Origin: a virus
DNA length: 64,000 nucleotides
Reading direction: 5' to 3' (one strand)
IMG/VR virus record: IMGVR_UViG_3300017757_000001
Shown here: positions 39,638 through 47,996 of the stretch, piece by piece
How positions within the stretch are numbered: position 1 is the first letter of the stretch
Layout of the letters: each line of letters starts with the position of its first letter
Notes under the pieces: model-generated
What the model saw: the letters and a program-made list of their open reading frames with translations, nothing else
Told to the model about the DNA's origin: nothing
Databases searched by the model: none
Program-made: the position numbers and the translations under genes

Positions 39638-40046
39638 CTACGAAATCTTCATAAATGTCATCATCATCTAAATAGTTATTTACTGCTTTTTGTAAATCCC
39701 CATACTCATAACCTTCAATTATTTTTTCTCTACCTTCATCAATGCTATGCTTAACATTTCCATTATCATCAATTGTAGTAACTTCACCCTCATCATTTAA
39801 ATCATTTTCCATTTTAATTTTATCTTCAATCTCCACAGTTGGTGTACTCCATTTTTCAATCATTTCATCTGTAGGATTATCAGTCATATAAGCAATTTTA
39901 CTCTCAAATTCTAATCTTCCCACACCATGCATCTTCATCACCATATCAAAATTAAGATCTAATGCCTTATATTTCTCTTGGAAATTATCTACAAATTCAA
40001 TATATAATTCATTGAATTTATCTTGTGTCATTACTTCTTTAGGCAT
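39579..40046 (-). CDS. Acidic hypothetical protein
   Basis: D/E-rich ORF. Confidence 0.55.
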   Translation of the reverse strand: MPKEVMTQDKFNELYIEFVDNFQEKYKALDLNFDMVMKMHGVGRLEFESKIAYMTDNPTDEMIEKWSTPTVEIEDKIKMENDLNDEGEVTTIDDNGNVKHSIDEGREKIIEGYEYGDLQKAVNNYLDDDDIYEDFVDERPEPSRDEDGGDDSNEY

Positions 40047-40047
40047 A

Positions 40048-40203
40048 TTAGTTAGTAATTGTAAGGTTAAGTATAGTTAATCTAAATGATCGTTTTGAAC
40101 CATCAAAACTAAATTCAAATATAGTTAATGATCCAATTCTCACTTCTAATGCAATTTTGTCTGTTTGCTTGGCATTTGAAGCCCAGTCGTTAATAAATTT
40201 CAT
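40048..40203 (-). CDS. Small hypothetical protein (51 aa, not in ORF track)
   Basis: MKFINDWASNAKQTDK...; fills the intergenic gap. Confidence 0.5.
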   Translation of the reverse strand: MKFINDWASNAKQTDKIALEVRIGSLTIFEFSFDGSKRSFRLTILNLTITN

Positions 40204-40230
40204 ATTTAATTGTTTTATTGTGTTATTATA

Positions 40231-40722
40231 TTAATATCCCCATTTCCTCAATTTATTCATTGATTCTATGTTATAGCCTTTTAATTTAGCTACATGAAAA
40301 TACAAATCTTCAGTTGTTCCACCAAATTCATTTGTAATTTCCTTTAATTTATCCTTTTTCATTTTAAATGATTTAGATAAATTACTTATTAGACTATCCA
40401 TTCTGTCATTTTCATCTTTCATACCGTCTTCATACAATTTATTATAGCGTTTTCTTGCTCTAATTTCTATATCACTGTATAATTTATCTTCTAATGGATT
40501 CCTACCCTGGTATTCATTAATAAATTCCTCTTGCTCATCTTTCATCCATTCTAATTCCCATCTAGCTTGATCAAAGAAAGGTGAATACTCAAAATCACCA
40601 TTTCTTATCTTATCAAGTAAATTAGCTTTATAAGGTAATGATTTGTGAGTCCTAAAACGTCTCCACCAATAAAAGGGTAGTGCTCGTCTACCACTTGGTT
40701 TTTTAGGCGCGCGCGCACTCAT
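40231..40722 (-). CDS. Hypothetical protein
   Basis: FYWWRRF, KIRNGDFEYS. Confidence 0.6.
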   Translation of the reverse strand: MSARAPKKPSGRRALPFYWWRRFRTHKSLPYKANLLDKIRNGDFEYSPFFDQARWELEWMKDEQEEFINEYQGRNPLEDKLYSDIEIRARKRYNKLYEDGMKDENDRMDSLISNLSKSFKMKKDKLKEITNEFGGTTEDLYFHVAKLKGYNIESMNKLRKWGY

Positions 40723-41198
40723 AATCCAAGATATTTTTTATATTTTTCACTCATTTTATCAAAATAACTTGTTTTCATTATCTTTTTATGTGCTTGATTA
40801 ATTTCTTTTTGATTATTAATTAATACCATAAAGCAAGGAGCTAATGATCTAGCATTAAATCCATCTACTTCTAAATCATCTTTAGGGTTTATACATAAAG
40901 CTTTGTGGTTTATGTAAGCATTCTTTAATAATTCTTTATTTAAAAAATGTTGATAACGTTTAGTATCTGTATTAGGCATTTCAACATCATTTATAAAAAT
41001 TGCATTATCTTTTCCAGATTCATAAAACTTTTCCATACAAGTTATGAAATCATTGCCTTCTCCCATATAATCTATGTAAAGATTATCACCTTCACGTTCT
41101 TTTTTAGCAAAAGGACAAGTAGGCATGCCATTATACTCATCCCTTGGTACTTCTAACACATATTTAATATAATTTAATACTTCTTCTTTTTTATCCAT
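40719..41198 (-). CDS. Hypothetical protein (DUF1415-like CPFA motif)
   Basis: MPTCPFAK; start re-called at MDKKEE. Confidence 0.5.
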   Translation of the reverse strand: MDKKEEVLNYIKYVLEVPRDEYNGMPTCPFAKKEREGDNLYIDYMGEGNDFITCMEKFYESGKDNAIFINDVEMPNTDTKRYQHFLNKELLKNAYINHKALCINPKDDLEVDGFNARSLAPCFMVLINNQKEINQAHKKIMKTSYFDKMSEKYKKYLGL

Positions 41199-41373
41199 TG
41201 ATCCAACGTTTATAAAAATAAAGTTCAATAGGTGATAACCCATCATACCAATTTTCAAATTCCCCACCAGTTACTTTTTGTGCTTTTAGTTTAAATTCCT
41301 CAAACCACTTATCTAATATATTTCTATCACCAAGTTTATCCATCCAATCCCATTCTCTTCCTGAATTAATCAT
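41191..41373 (-). CDS. Hypothetical protein
   Basis: ORF track. Confidence 0.45.
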   Translation of the reverse strand: MINSGREWDWMDKLGDRNILDKWFEEFKLKAQKVTGGEFENWYDGLSPIELYFYKRWING

Positions 41374-41375
41374 AA

Positions 41376-41897
41376 TTATTTTATGTTTATATATTTTTTC
41401 CCACCTCTAATGTATATTTCACCTACTGGGATTTCATTTAATTCTCTACCTTTTAAATCATATATTATATTATTGTACCATCTAACTCCATCCTCTTCAA
41501 TTACAAACCCAGGAAGACCTGTAGAAACATTTCTGGCTATTACAACCCATCCAAACTGATTGAAATCATATACTAATGAATCACAATGTTGACATACTAT
41601 TGTCGTTGAGTCTAATGTGTATATGTAAGCATCATAACATAATTTAACGGTATCTGTCATATTTAGTAATGGAAATGAAAATGGATTATTACCCTGTGGT
41701 ATATAACATGCTACTGAATTACATGCTGTCCAATTCCAATCAATTGCTCCTACCATATTACCAATTCCTCCTGAACTTGGAGTTATAGTTAATATTGTAT
41801 TAGGAAATATTGAGTATGACAGAGAGTCACACCAATTAACTTGTGCTTGTGTTTGTAGTCCAAGCGAAACTAATACAGCTAAAATTAGCTTTTTCAT
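41376..41897 (-). CDS. Secreted protein with T9SS type A-like C-terminal signal
   Basis: Signal peptide ending AQ; C-terminal IYDLKGRELNEIPVGEIYIRGGKKYI. Confidence 0.7.
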   Translation of the reverse strand: MKKLILAVLVSLGLQTQAQVNWCDSLSYSIFPNTILTITPSSGGIGNMVGAIDWNWTACNSVACYIPQGNNPFSFPLLNMTDTVKLCYDAYIYTLDSTTIVCQHCDSLVYDFNQFGWVVIARNVSTGLPGFVIEEDGVRWYNNIIYDLKGRELNEIPVGEIYIRGGKKYINIK

Positions 41898-41908
41898 TGT
41901 TTTTGTTT

Positions 41909-42139
41909 TTAATTAATATTTTTTTTATAATCTATAAAAAATCCAACAGCTACTAAGATATTTAAACCTAAACTAGCTATTATTTCGTGTATATCTTGAT
42001 AAACATTTAAAGATAAATGAACATGACCTACAACCCAAAAAGGAATAGCCATTTGTTGGCTATACCAAATTAATCCAAACTCTAAAAACTTTTTTATTTT
42101 TTTAACTCCTCCCATTAACAACCTTCCAAATACTATCAA
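41909..42139 (-). CDS. Small membrane protein
   Basis: Two hydrophobic segments. Confidence 0.5.
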   Translation of the reverse strand: MIVFGRLLMGGVKKIKKFLEFGLIWYSQQMAIPFWVVGHVHLSLNVYQDIHEIIASLGLNILVAVGFFIDYKKNIN

Positions 42140-42293
42140 AACCTATATTACGCTTTACTTCAATTTCTCTCTTAAATTTTTCATTTTCTTCTTTTAGATT
42201 TTTCATTTCTTTCTTTAATTTATAAAGTTTAAAACCCAAATATCCTATTGAAATTTTTATGAGAAATAATGAAATAATCGCGTAAATTGCCAT
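42102..42293 (-). CDS. Small membrane-anchored protein
   Basis: N-terminal TM helix. Confidence 0.45.
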   Translation of the reverse strand: MAIYAIISLFLIKISIGYLGFKLYKLKKEMKNLKEENEKFKREIEVKRNIGFDSIWKVVNGRS

Positions 42294-42419
42294 GTTTAAA
42301 TGTGTATAACTGCGTTAAAAGCCATAATCATATATCCCATTCATCCGGGGCTTTCATTATTATATGATCGCTAACAAACTTCTTCCATCTTTTGAGGAAT
42401 TTATTATAAATACGACGAA

Positions 42420-42602
42420 TCATGAAGTAATCATTGTAATAACTAAACAAATTACAAATGCTACAAAACAAATTCCAATTGCTTTCAAAGAAAACTCTTC
42501 AGTTCTTCGTTTTCTATCACTATCGTAGTAAGGATGTTTGATTTGACTTTCATCTTTCCAACCCCATTTTTCTCTATTATATCTTCTACCTGAATTTCCC
42601 AT
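42420..42602 (-). CDS. Small protein with C-terminal TM helix
   Basis: ORF track. Confidence 0.45.
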   Translation of the reverse strand: MGNSGRRYNREKWGWKDESQIKHPYYDSDRKRRTEEFSLKAIGICFVAFVICLVITMITS

Positions 42603-42621
42603 TTATTTATTTTTTTATTTA

Positions 42622-43002
42622 TTATCTTGCTGGTTTAGCATTAGCTTGATCTATTATATTACCCATTTCTTTTACATAAGGAACATTTTTCCCATCAGGT
42701 GCTAGAGTAGATTTAGCATTTATTTGATTATTTGCAGAAAAGAAAATCCATTCAGCTACTTCATCTGCTGAACACCAACCTTTTACAAAATCATCTCCAA
42801 AATGATGTTTATGTCCATTTGAATCAGTAATCATAATTTCAGCTGTAAGTGTTTCTTCTTGAGTTTCAACTCTATTAGAACAGTAATTGGCAAATCCCCA
42901 TTGAATAGAAATTTCATTACCATTTTTAAATTTCATAAAAATACCAGCAGGTACTTTAGTGTTATCTCCTATACTTTTAGTATGTGTGCAACATTTTATC
43001 AT
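42622..43002 (-). CDS. Hypothetical early protein
   Basis: FKNGNEISIQWGFANYC motif; promoter at 43031-43060. Confidence 0.55.
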   Translation of the reverse strand: MIKCCTHTKSIGDNTKVPAGIFMKFKNGNEISIQWGFANYCSNRVETQEETLTAEIMITDSNGHKHHFGDDFVKGWCSADEVAEWIFFSANNQINAKSTLAPDGKNVPYVKEMGNIIDQANAKPAR

Positions 43003-43068
43003 AACTGTTTTTATTTAATTATTTGACCATAATATACGAACTATCTATGCGTTATCCAAATTAAACAC

Positions 43069-43095
43069 AAAAAAGGCGCTGATTTCTCAGCGCCT
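43069..43095 (-). terminator. Rho-independent terminator
   Basis: AGGCGCTGA-4nt-TCAGCGCCT hairpin followed by a T-run on the minus strand. Confidence 0.8.
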
Positions 43096-43120
43096 CTCTT
43101 TTACATTCTTATAAAGAAAC

Positions 43121-43357
43121 TTATTTCTTATCCGTAAAGAAAGAAACTACAAGGATCAATACAATTAATCCAACAAACCCTCCTTCACCAATAGCGGTTA
43201 CTAAGCTTGTTAAATTTGCAATGACATCCATACCAAAGATAGTTCCCCCAGTAAGTACTTGCCATAAGATAGTCAATGGCAAAACAGCCATTAATAAACT
43301 ACCTAATCCTGTTAAAAACCCTTTTACGGTGTTAAATACATTTTCCATTTTTATCAA
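43121..43357 (-). CDS. Two-TM membrane protein
   Basis: Hydrophobic helices, GFVGLIVL. Confidence 0.55.
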   Translation of the reverse strand: MIKMENVFNTVKGFLTGLGSLLMAVLPLTILWQVLTGGTIFGMDVIANLTSLVTAIGEGGFVGLIVLILVVSFFTDKK

Positions 43358-43367
43358 TTTTTAGTTA

Positions 43368-43781
43368 TTAAAATTTTAGACCTACTCCTAACATCATGTT
43401 AGTCGTCTTTTCTCCTGAATTGTAAACTACTTTAGGATCAACAAATACATTCTTGTGGAATGTAAACATTTTACCTAAACCAATGTTCATCGCATCAGTA
43501 CTCAAACCATCAGTTGCTACATAAGCAAAATATCCTTTGTAAAAATATCTTGCATGAAAGTCAACCTCCATGTCTGCAGATGAATCAGCTTGAGCAACAG
43601 AACAACCTATCATTAGGTCATCAGTTACAGCATATCCAACTGTTGGGCTAATAGACCACTCAGTCCAAGCCACGTTAGCAATATCGCCAGTACCTACGTA
43701 CCAGTCTCCTTTGGCATTTTGTGCCATAGCTCCAGCTGTTAAAAACAGACCTAAAGCTAGTGTTAAAATCATTTTTTTCAT
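43368..43781 (-). CDS. Outer-membrane beta-barrel protein (Bacteroidota porin-family-like)
   Basis: Signal peptide ending MAQ, AKGDWYVG, amphipathic strands, C-terminal GVGLKF beta-signal. Confidence 0.75.
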   Translation of the reverse strand: MKKMILTLALGLFLTAGAMAQNAKGDWYVGTGDIANVAWTEWSISPTVGYAVTDDLMIGCSVAQADSSADMEVDFHARYFYKGYFAYVATDGLSTDAMNIGLGKMFTFHKNVFVDPKVVYNSGEKTTNMMLGVGLKF

Positions 43782-44005
43782 TTTTTTGATTTTGGTTAAT
43801 AATTAATTTTATACTTTTGGGAAAAACGTAGAGGCCTCTACTATTTGTTTTAAAAACGAATCACCATTTTCTCGTGGTGTGCAGTATACATATACGCTTT
43901 TTTCCAAAAACATAGGGTAAACATACGATGATTAAATCTGCTATCCACACTATACTGAAAGAACTTCATAGTTGTGAATAATTCGTTGTTCACTACGCAA
44001 TTATC

Positions 44006-44221
44006 CTACAATTCATTTGGATCATCTAAATCCTTCATTCTCTTTAATTTATTACGTGTTTTAGTGCGTTCACGCTCAATTTTATCATCTGGTATGTCAT
44101 TCACAATATGACCACAATTTAAACACTTATAAATTGAAGTTTTCATACAAAACGTTATATCAGGCGAACCACAAGCCAAGCAAAAGGGTTCTTCGGGAAT
44201 TTCATCAATTTTAATTTTCAT
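44006..44221 (-). CDS. Zn-ribbon protein
   Basis: CLACGS...CLNCG. Confidence 0.55.
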   Translation of the reverse strand: MKIKIDEIPEEPFCLACGSPDITFCMKTSIYKCLNCGHIVNDIPDDKIERERTKTRNKLKRMKDLDDPNEL

Positions 44222-44447
44222 CTTCTACAATAATTGCATCTTCAATTGTTTCACAAAATAGAAATTCGCTTTGGGTTCTCAAAACATGATCACATCCTAA
44301 CCAATCCCTATAAGCTTTAACTAACTCCATATTTAATTTATTTGATTTAGGTTGGCTAAAGTGGTGGGTTGGCATTTCTCTTTTAACAATGTATGCCTTT
44401 TCTTCGGTTCCATAGTTTACATATTTTATATAATGCACTCCAATCAT
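44211..44447 (-). CDS. Hypothetical protein
   Basis: ORF track. Confidence 0.5.
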   Translation of the reverse strand: MIGVHYIKYVNYGTEEKAYIVKREMPTHHFSQPKSNKLNMELVKAYRDWLGCDHVLRTQSEFLFCETIEDAIIVEDEN

Positions 44448-44500
44448 TGTATATACGTATTAAATTGTTGATGTGTGTTGTAAAGAGCTCTGTTTTTTAT

Positions 44501-44848
44501 TTATTTCCATAATACTTGAACACCTACTAAAATAAAACATAATACTAAACTAGCTATTGTTTTATTTGTTAAACCCTCTCCCATTATTTGAGACGCTAAA
44601 ATAGCAAATATTAACATTCCGATAGAAAATCCAATAAATCTTCCGGGCCATATCAACCCTCCAAATGCTAGATAAGCATATTTTGTTCCATAAATGAATA
44701 AATATGAAATTGGTATACCACATAGTATTACAAACCAATTATTTTTTACAAACCAATTACTAAAAAATTGCCCGTTTAATTGAAACCAAGTTAATATGTG
44801 AGCAGCTAGGAAAAATCCTAACCCTAACAATAAGTTTTTTAAATCCAT
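44501..44848 (-). CDS. 4-TM membrane protein (DMT/SMR-like)
   Basis: Four hydrophobic helices, GE before the last helix. Confidence 0.55.
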   Translation of the reverse strand: MDLKNLLLGLGFFLAAHILTWFQLNGQFFSNWFVKNNWFVILCGIPISYLFIYGTKYAYLAFGGLIWPGRFIGFSIGMLIFAILASQIMGEGLTNKTIASLVLCFILVGVQVLWK

Positions 44849-45054
44849 TATTTTTTGTTATTAAAATTTTTAAATAAGATACCACTTAATACGTTTAATC
44901 CTATAGCTTGCCAAAATCCAATAACATATATTCCATCAATTGCTCCTACTAAGCAAGTGTTCCATAAAAATTGTAGTGGAAATCCTAATAATATACATGC
45001 AAACATGAATACTACTACTAATGTTAAATAATCTTTTAAATCGAAATTACCCAT
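44848..45054 (-). CDS. Small membrane protein
   Basis: LWN...IGFWQAIGL motif; promoter at 45071-45100. Confidence 0.55.
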   Translation of the reverse strand: MGNFDLKDYLTLVVVFMFACILLGFPLQFLWNTCLVGAIDGIYVIGFWQAIGLNVLSGILFKNFNNKK

Positions 45055-45110
45055 AACTGTTTTTGTTTATAATATACAACCTATATTTTACTTATCCTAA
45101 TTATATTATT

Positions 45111-45340
45111 ACCTCCAACCACCGAGGTTTTGACGACATGACCTCTTTTTACCGTTTGCTAGAGTGCCTTATTAGGCAGCCATCGCTAATTCAACTTGTT
45201 CGCCAGTTGTTACGTTGACCTTCCTTTTACCCTTATCACCCTGTCAAATCCGATCACCCCCATGCTTTAAATATTTTTTAGTGGAGGTGGAGGGAATCGA
45301 ACCCTCGTCCAAAAGTGTAGCTAATAAAAGTACTAGCGGT
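45111..45340 (-). ncRNA. ssrA: Circularly permuted (two-piece) tmRNA, tag (A)GEQVELAMAA
   Basis: Acceptor piece GGACGAGGGTTCGATTCCCTCCACCTCCA (to 45282) lies upstream of coding piece GGGGGTGATCGGATTTGAC (from 45261); G3:U70 pair; tag ORF 45172-45204; outer ends approximate. Confidence 0.9.
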
Positions 45341-45352
45341 CATTTATAATTA

Positions 45353-45760
45353 TTAATATTTTTCTGCTTCTAATACCTCTTCATCAGATGGCTCATAATC
45401 ATCCATATCACCAAATTCATTTCTATAGAACTCATCTTCTTCAGCTTGTTTAGCAGCTATTTCTTCATCTTTAGCTAAATCATCTTTCCAAGCAATTGGA
45501 GCTAGTAATCCACCATTTTCAATTACAGACCATATTCTTTCTTTCCATAAATTCATATGAACACCTTCTACAGTACATTCAAAACCTAATTTTTCAGTAA
45601 GTTTAGCTACTTTATCTAAAAATGCTGCTGTTAGCATATCAAATTCACCTTTTATAGGGAAGTTTTTACCATACTCATCTGTTCCATTTGTATTATTTTC
45701 ATACATTTCTTTAATATCTAACCAATCTGAGGTTAATATTGATTTTTTTGCTTTCGCCAT
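45353..45760 (-). CDS. Hypothetical protein with acidic tail
   Basis: AAAGTT-ATG leader. Confidence 0.55.
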   Translation of the reverse strand: MAKAKKSILTSDWLDIKEMYENNTNGTDEYGKNFPIKGEFDMLTAAFLDKVAKLTEKLGFECTVEGVHMNLWKERIWSVIENGGLLAPIAWKDDLAKDEEIAAKQAEEDEFYRNEFGDMDDYEPSDEEVLEAEKY

Positions 45761-45780
45761 AACTTTTATTTTTTTAATTA

Positions 45781-46020
45781 TTAAAATGGGAGTTCATCCC
45801 TTTCTTTTTTACTAATAGGTTCTGAATGGTCATCTATTTTTCTATAACTTAAAGATGCAAATGGTTGTTCACCTAATTCTAATACACCAACTCCCCCACC
45901 ATACTTTTTATCTATTTCTCTCCTTAATTTATGTGCTTGTTTTCTAGCCATATAATCATTATCAGCATAGATATACATTTCCAATTGTACTACATATCTG
46001 TTTTTATCTCTACTCATCAT
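45781..46020 (-). CDS. Hypothetical protein ending in DELPF
   Basis: SSB-like acidic LPF tip. Confidence 0.5.
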   Translation of the reverse strand: MMSRDKNRYVVQLEMYIYADNDYMARKQAHKLRREIDKKYGGGVGVLELGEQPFASLSYRKIDDHSEPISKKERDELPF

Positions 46021-46240
46021 CTACTGTTATAAATTCTCTATCTGTATCAATTTTATCAAGCATTTCAATTGCTTCTTCCATCATTTCTTTCATTTCAACT
46101 ACCATATTCTCTAATTCTGCTTCTCTAACACAATTATTAATTTCATATTTGTAATGATCTAATTCTTCAATTTTTTCAACTACTTCTTTCAATTCTGGGA
46201 CACAATCCCAACCATCTTCTATTGTTTTTATTTCACTCAT
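46010..46240 (-). CDS. Acidic hypothetical protein
   Basis: AAAGTT-ATG leader. Confidence 0.5.
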   Translation of the reverse strand: MSEIKTIEDGWDCVPELKEVVEKIEELDHYKYEINNCVREAELENMVVEMKEMMEEAIEMLDKIDTDREFITVDDE

Positions 46241-46346
46241 AACTTTTTATTTAATTTTTCATTAATATATTCTGCTATAGCTGAGCCTAATACTGCAACA
46301 CAGATAATAGCATAAATTCCTAATACTACTTGATACATTTCCATAA

Positions 46347-46583
46347 TTATATGCTTTCGTTATACCACTCATTATCTAACTCTTTTGAACAACCTACTTC
46401 AATTTCATCTTTAGCAAAACCACAATAAATCAATCCAGATCCTAACATAACTAATAGGATAAAAAATCCCATTTCATTCAGTGGATCTGCAAAATTGATA
46501 TAATTTAGAATTTCTCCTGTTCCAGTGATGTAAGCAAGATATAAACTGAAAATACCACTAATAATATACAATACATTTTTCAT
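46347..46583 (-). CDS. Two-TM membrane protein
   Basis: Hydrophobic helices. Confidence 0.5.
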   Translation of the reverse strand: MKNVLYIISGIFSLYLAYITGTGEILNYINFADPLNEMGFFILLVMLGSGLIYCGFAKDEIEVGCSKELDNEWYNESI

Positions 46584-46607
46584 TTTTTTTATTTTTTAAT
46601 TTATAAT

Positions 46608-46793
46608 TTACGAATTAGTTCTTGAATAAGCTCCATTATATTGATACATTATCCCTAATGTTGGATGCTTAATATTATTACCATATTCAACCATATCTAC
46701 TAATTTTTTAGACATTGCTTGAACTTTTAATGCTGTAATAAACACTACTTCATTTATTACTTTTGAATTTGATGGATTTAAATTTACTTTCAT
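46608..46793 (-). CDS. Hypothetical early protein
   Basis: Own promoter repeat upstream. Confidence 0.5.
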   Translation of the reverse strand: MKVNLNPSNSKVINEVVFITALKVQAMSKKLVDMVEYGNNIKHPTLGIMYQYNGAYSRTNS

Positions 46794-46846
46794 ATAACCT
46801 TTATTTTAATTTAATTTTGTTTTCCGGCTTCGCGCCTTATTTACCC

Positions 46847-46897
46847 GTAAATATACGAAAGATATCTGGCTTCTCCAAATATCTTCGCATAAGTCTT
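46847..46897 (-). promoter_or_regulatory. Repeated promoter element, copy 5
   Basis: AAGACTTATGCGAAGATATTTGG-N17-CGTATATTTAC. Confidence 0.8.
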
Positions 46898-46901
46898 TAA
46901 T

Positions 46902-47423
46902 TTATTTTTCATTAATTTGAAATGCACTTTCAATTACTCTTCGATAACCATTGAATCTTTTATCACCATTATCAATTAACACACCATCCTTAACACATAA
47001 TGCATGTTTTTCAACTAATACAATAAATGTACCTTTTGTGAATTTTTGCATAAATGCTTTAACAGTATAAGCAACTGGTTTGTGCTTATATTTTCTATTG
47101 ATTAATTTACCACCATTTTTGGGACAATCACCAATATGTTTAATTGTGAATTGATTTGAAGTTAATTCATTAAATAATGATAATTGAGCTCCTGTTTCAA
47201 TTGGAAATTCAACATCCGTAATTCCCTTTAATGTGGAATTCATCATTTTGGTTCCTTTTCTTGGTTTTCTATTTAATGCATCTGCACACCATTTGTGAGC
47301 AACATTATAACCAATTTCGAATGCATTTGCTACTGCTCTAACTGCACAATCATTTTTTTCACCTTGTGCTAAAATTGAACCACTAACTGCATAACCATTT
47401 GTAAATACTTTTGAATCTAACAT
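46902..47423 (-). CDS. Putative papain-like (Cys-His-Asp) protein
   Basis: NDCAVRAVA...HALCVKDGVLID. Confidence 0.5.
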   Translation of the reverse strand: MLDSKVFTNGYAVSGSILAQGEKNDCAVRAVANAFEIGYNVAHKWCADALNRKPRKGTKMMNSTLKGITDVEFPIETGAQLSLFNELTSNQFTIKHIGDCPKNGGKLINRKYKHKPVAYTVKAFMQKFTKGTFIVLVEKHALCVKDGVLIDNGDKRFNGYRRVIESAFQINEK

Positions 47424-47478
47424 AACCTTTATTTATTTTTAATTAATATTTGTGCTTTTTTGGCACCTCATTTACAGG

Positions 47479-47529
47479 GTAAATATACGAACTAGAATTC
47501 GCTTCTCCAAATATCTTCGCGAGAGTCTT
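47479..47529 (-). promoter_or_regulatory. Repeated promoter element, copy 6
   Basis: AAGACTCTCGCGAAGATATTTGG-N17-CGTATATTTAC. Confidence 0.8.
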
Positions 47530-47996
47530 TAAAAGCCCCCATGATCTGCATCACTAAATTTAATTAATTTATTAAAACAATTCATATTCAACATTTTATT
47601 TCGTTTCTTATCACCCATTTGATCCATTAATTTAATACGCATATGATTGCGTACTATATCATGAATAACATACACATCACCACCTAGATCGTTAATTAAG
47701 TCTTCATTATCCAATACAATTTGAGCTGATACTTTTTCATGGCCATAATGTGTAATATGTCCCTTTATAGGATGAGTTCCAGCAGTAACATCTTTACCAA
47801 TATCATGAAATATAGCTGCTAGTAATAAATCAATATCATCAAATTTCTCTAACCTACTAAATACTACACTAGTATGAGTTAAAACATCACCCTCAGGATG
47901 AAAATCTCTCCTTTGGTCAAAATTACTAAGGTTTAAAATTCTTAATCTTAAATCCTTAGGAAACTTACTAATTATTTTTAAAAATCTTTTATTCAT
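47529..47996 (-). CDS. HD-domain protein of the CCA-enzyme-associated type
   Basis: HPEGDVLTHT, HDIGK, GHEKVSA, HMR, DAD; TAATG coupling to upstream NTase. Confidence 0.85.
   Translation of the reverse strand: MNKRFLKIISKFPKDLRLRILNLSNFDQRRDFHPEGDVLTHTSVVFSRLEKFDDIDLLLAAIFHDIGKDVTAGTHPIKGHITHYGHEKVSAQIVLDNEDLINDLGGDVYVIHDIVRNHMRIKLMDQMGDKKRNKMLNMNCFNKLIKFSDADHGGF

Noticed and set aside
45262-45310. Isolated tRNA 3' half as an integration (att) scar
   Set aside because: It pairs with the adjacent GGGGGTG segment and is accompanied by a tag frame, so a permuted tmRNA explains it better
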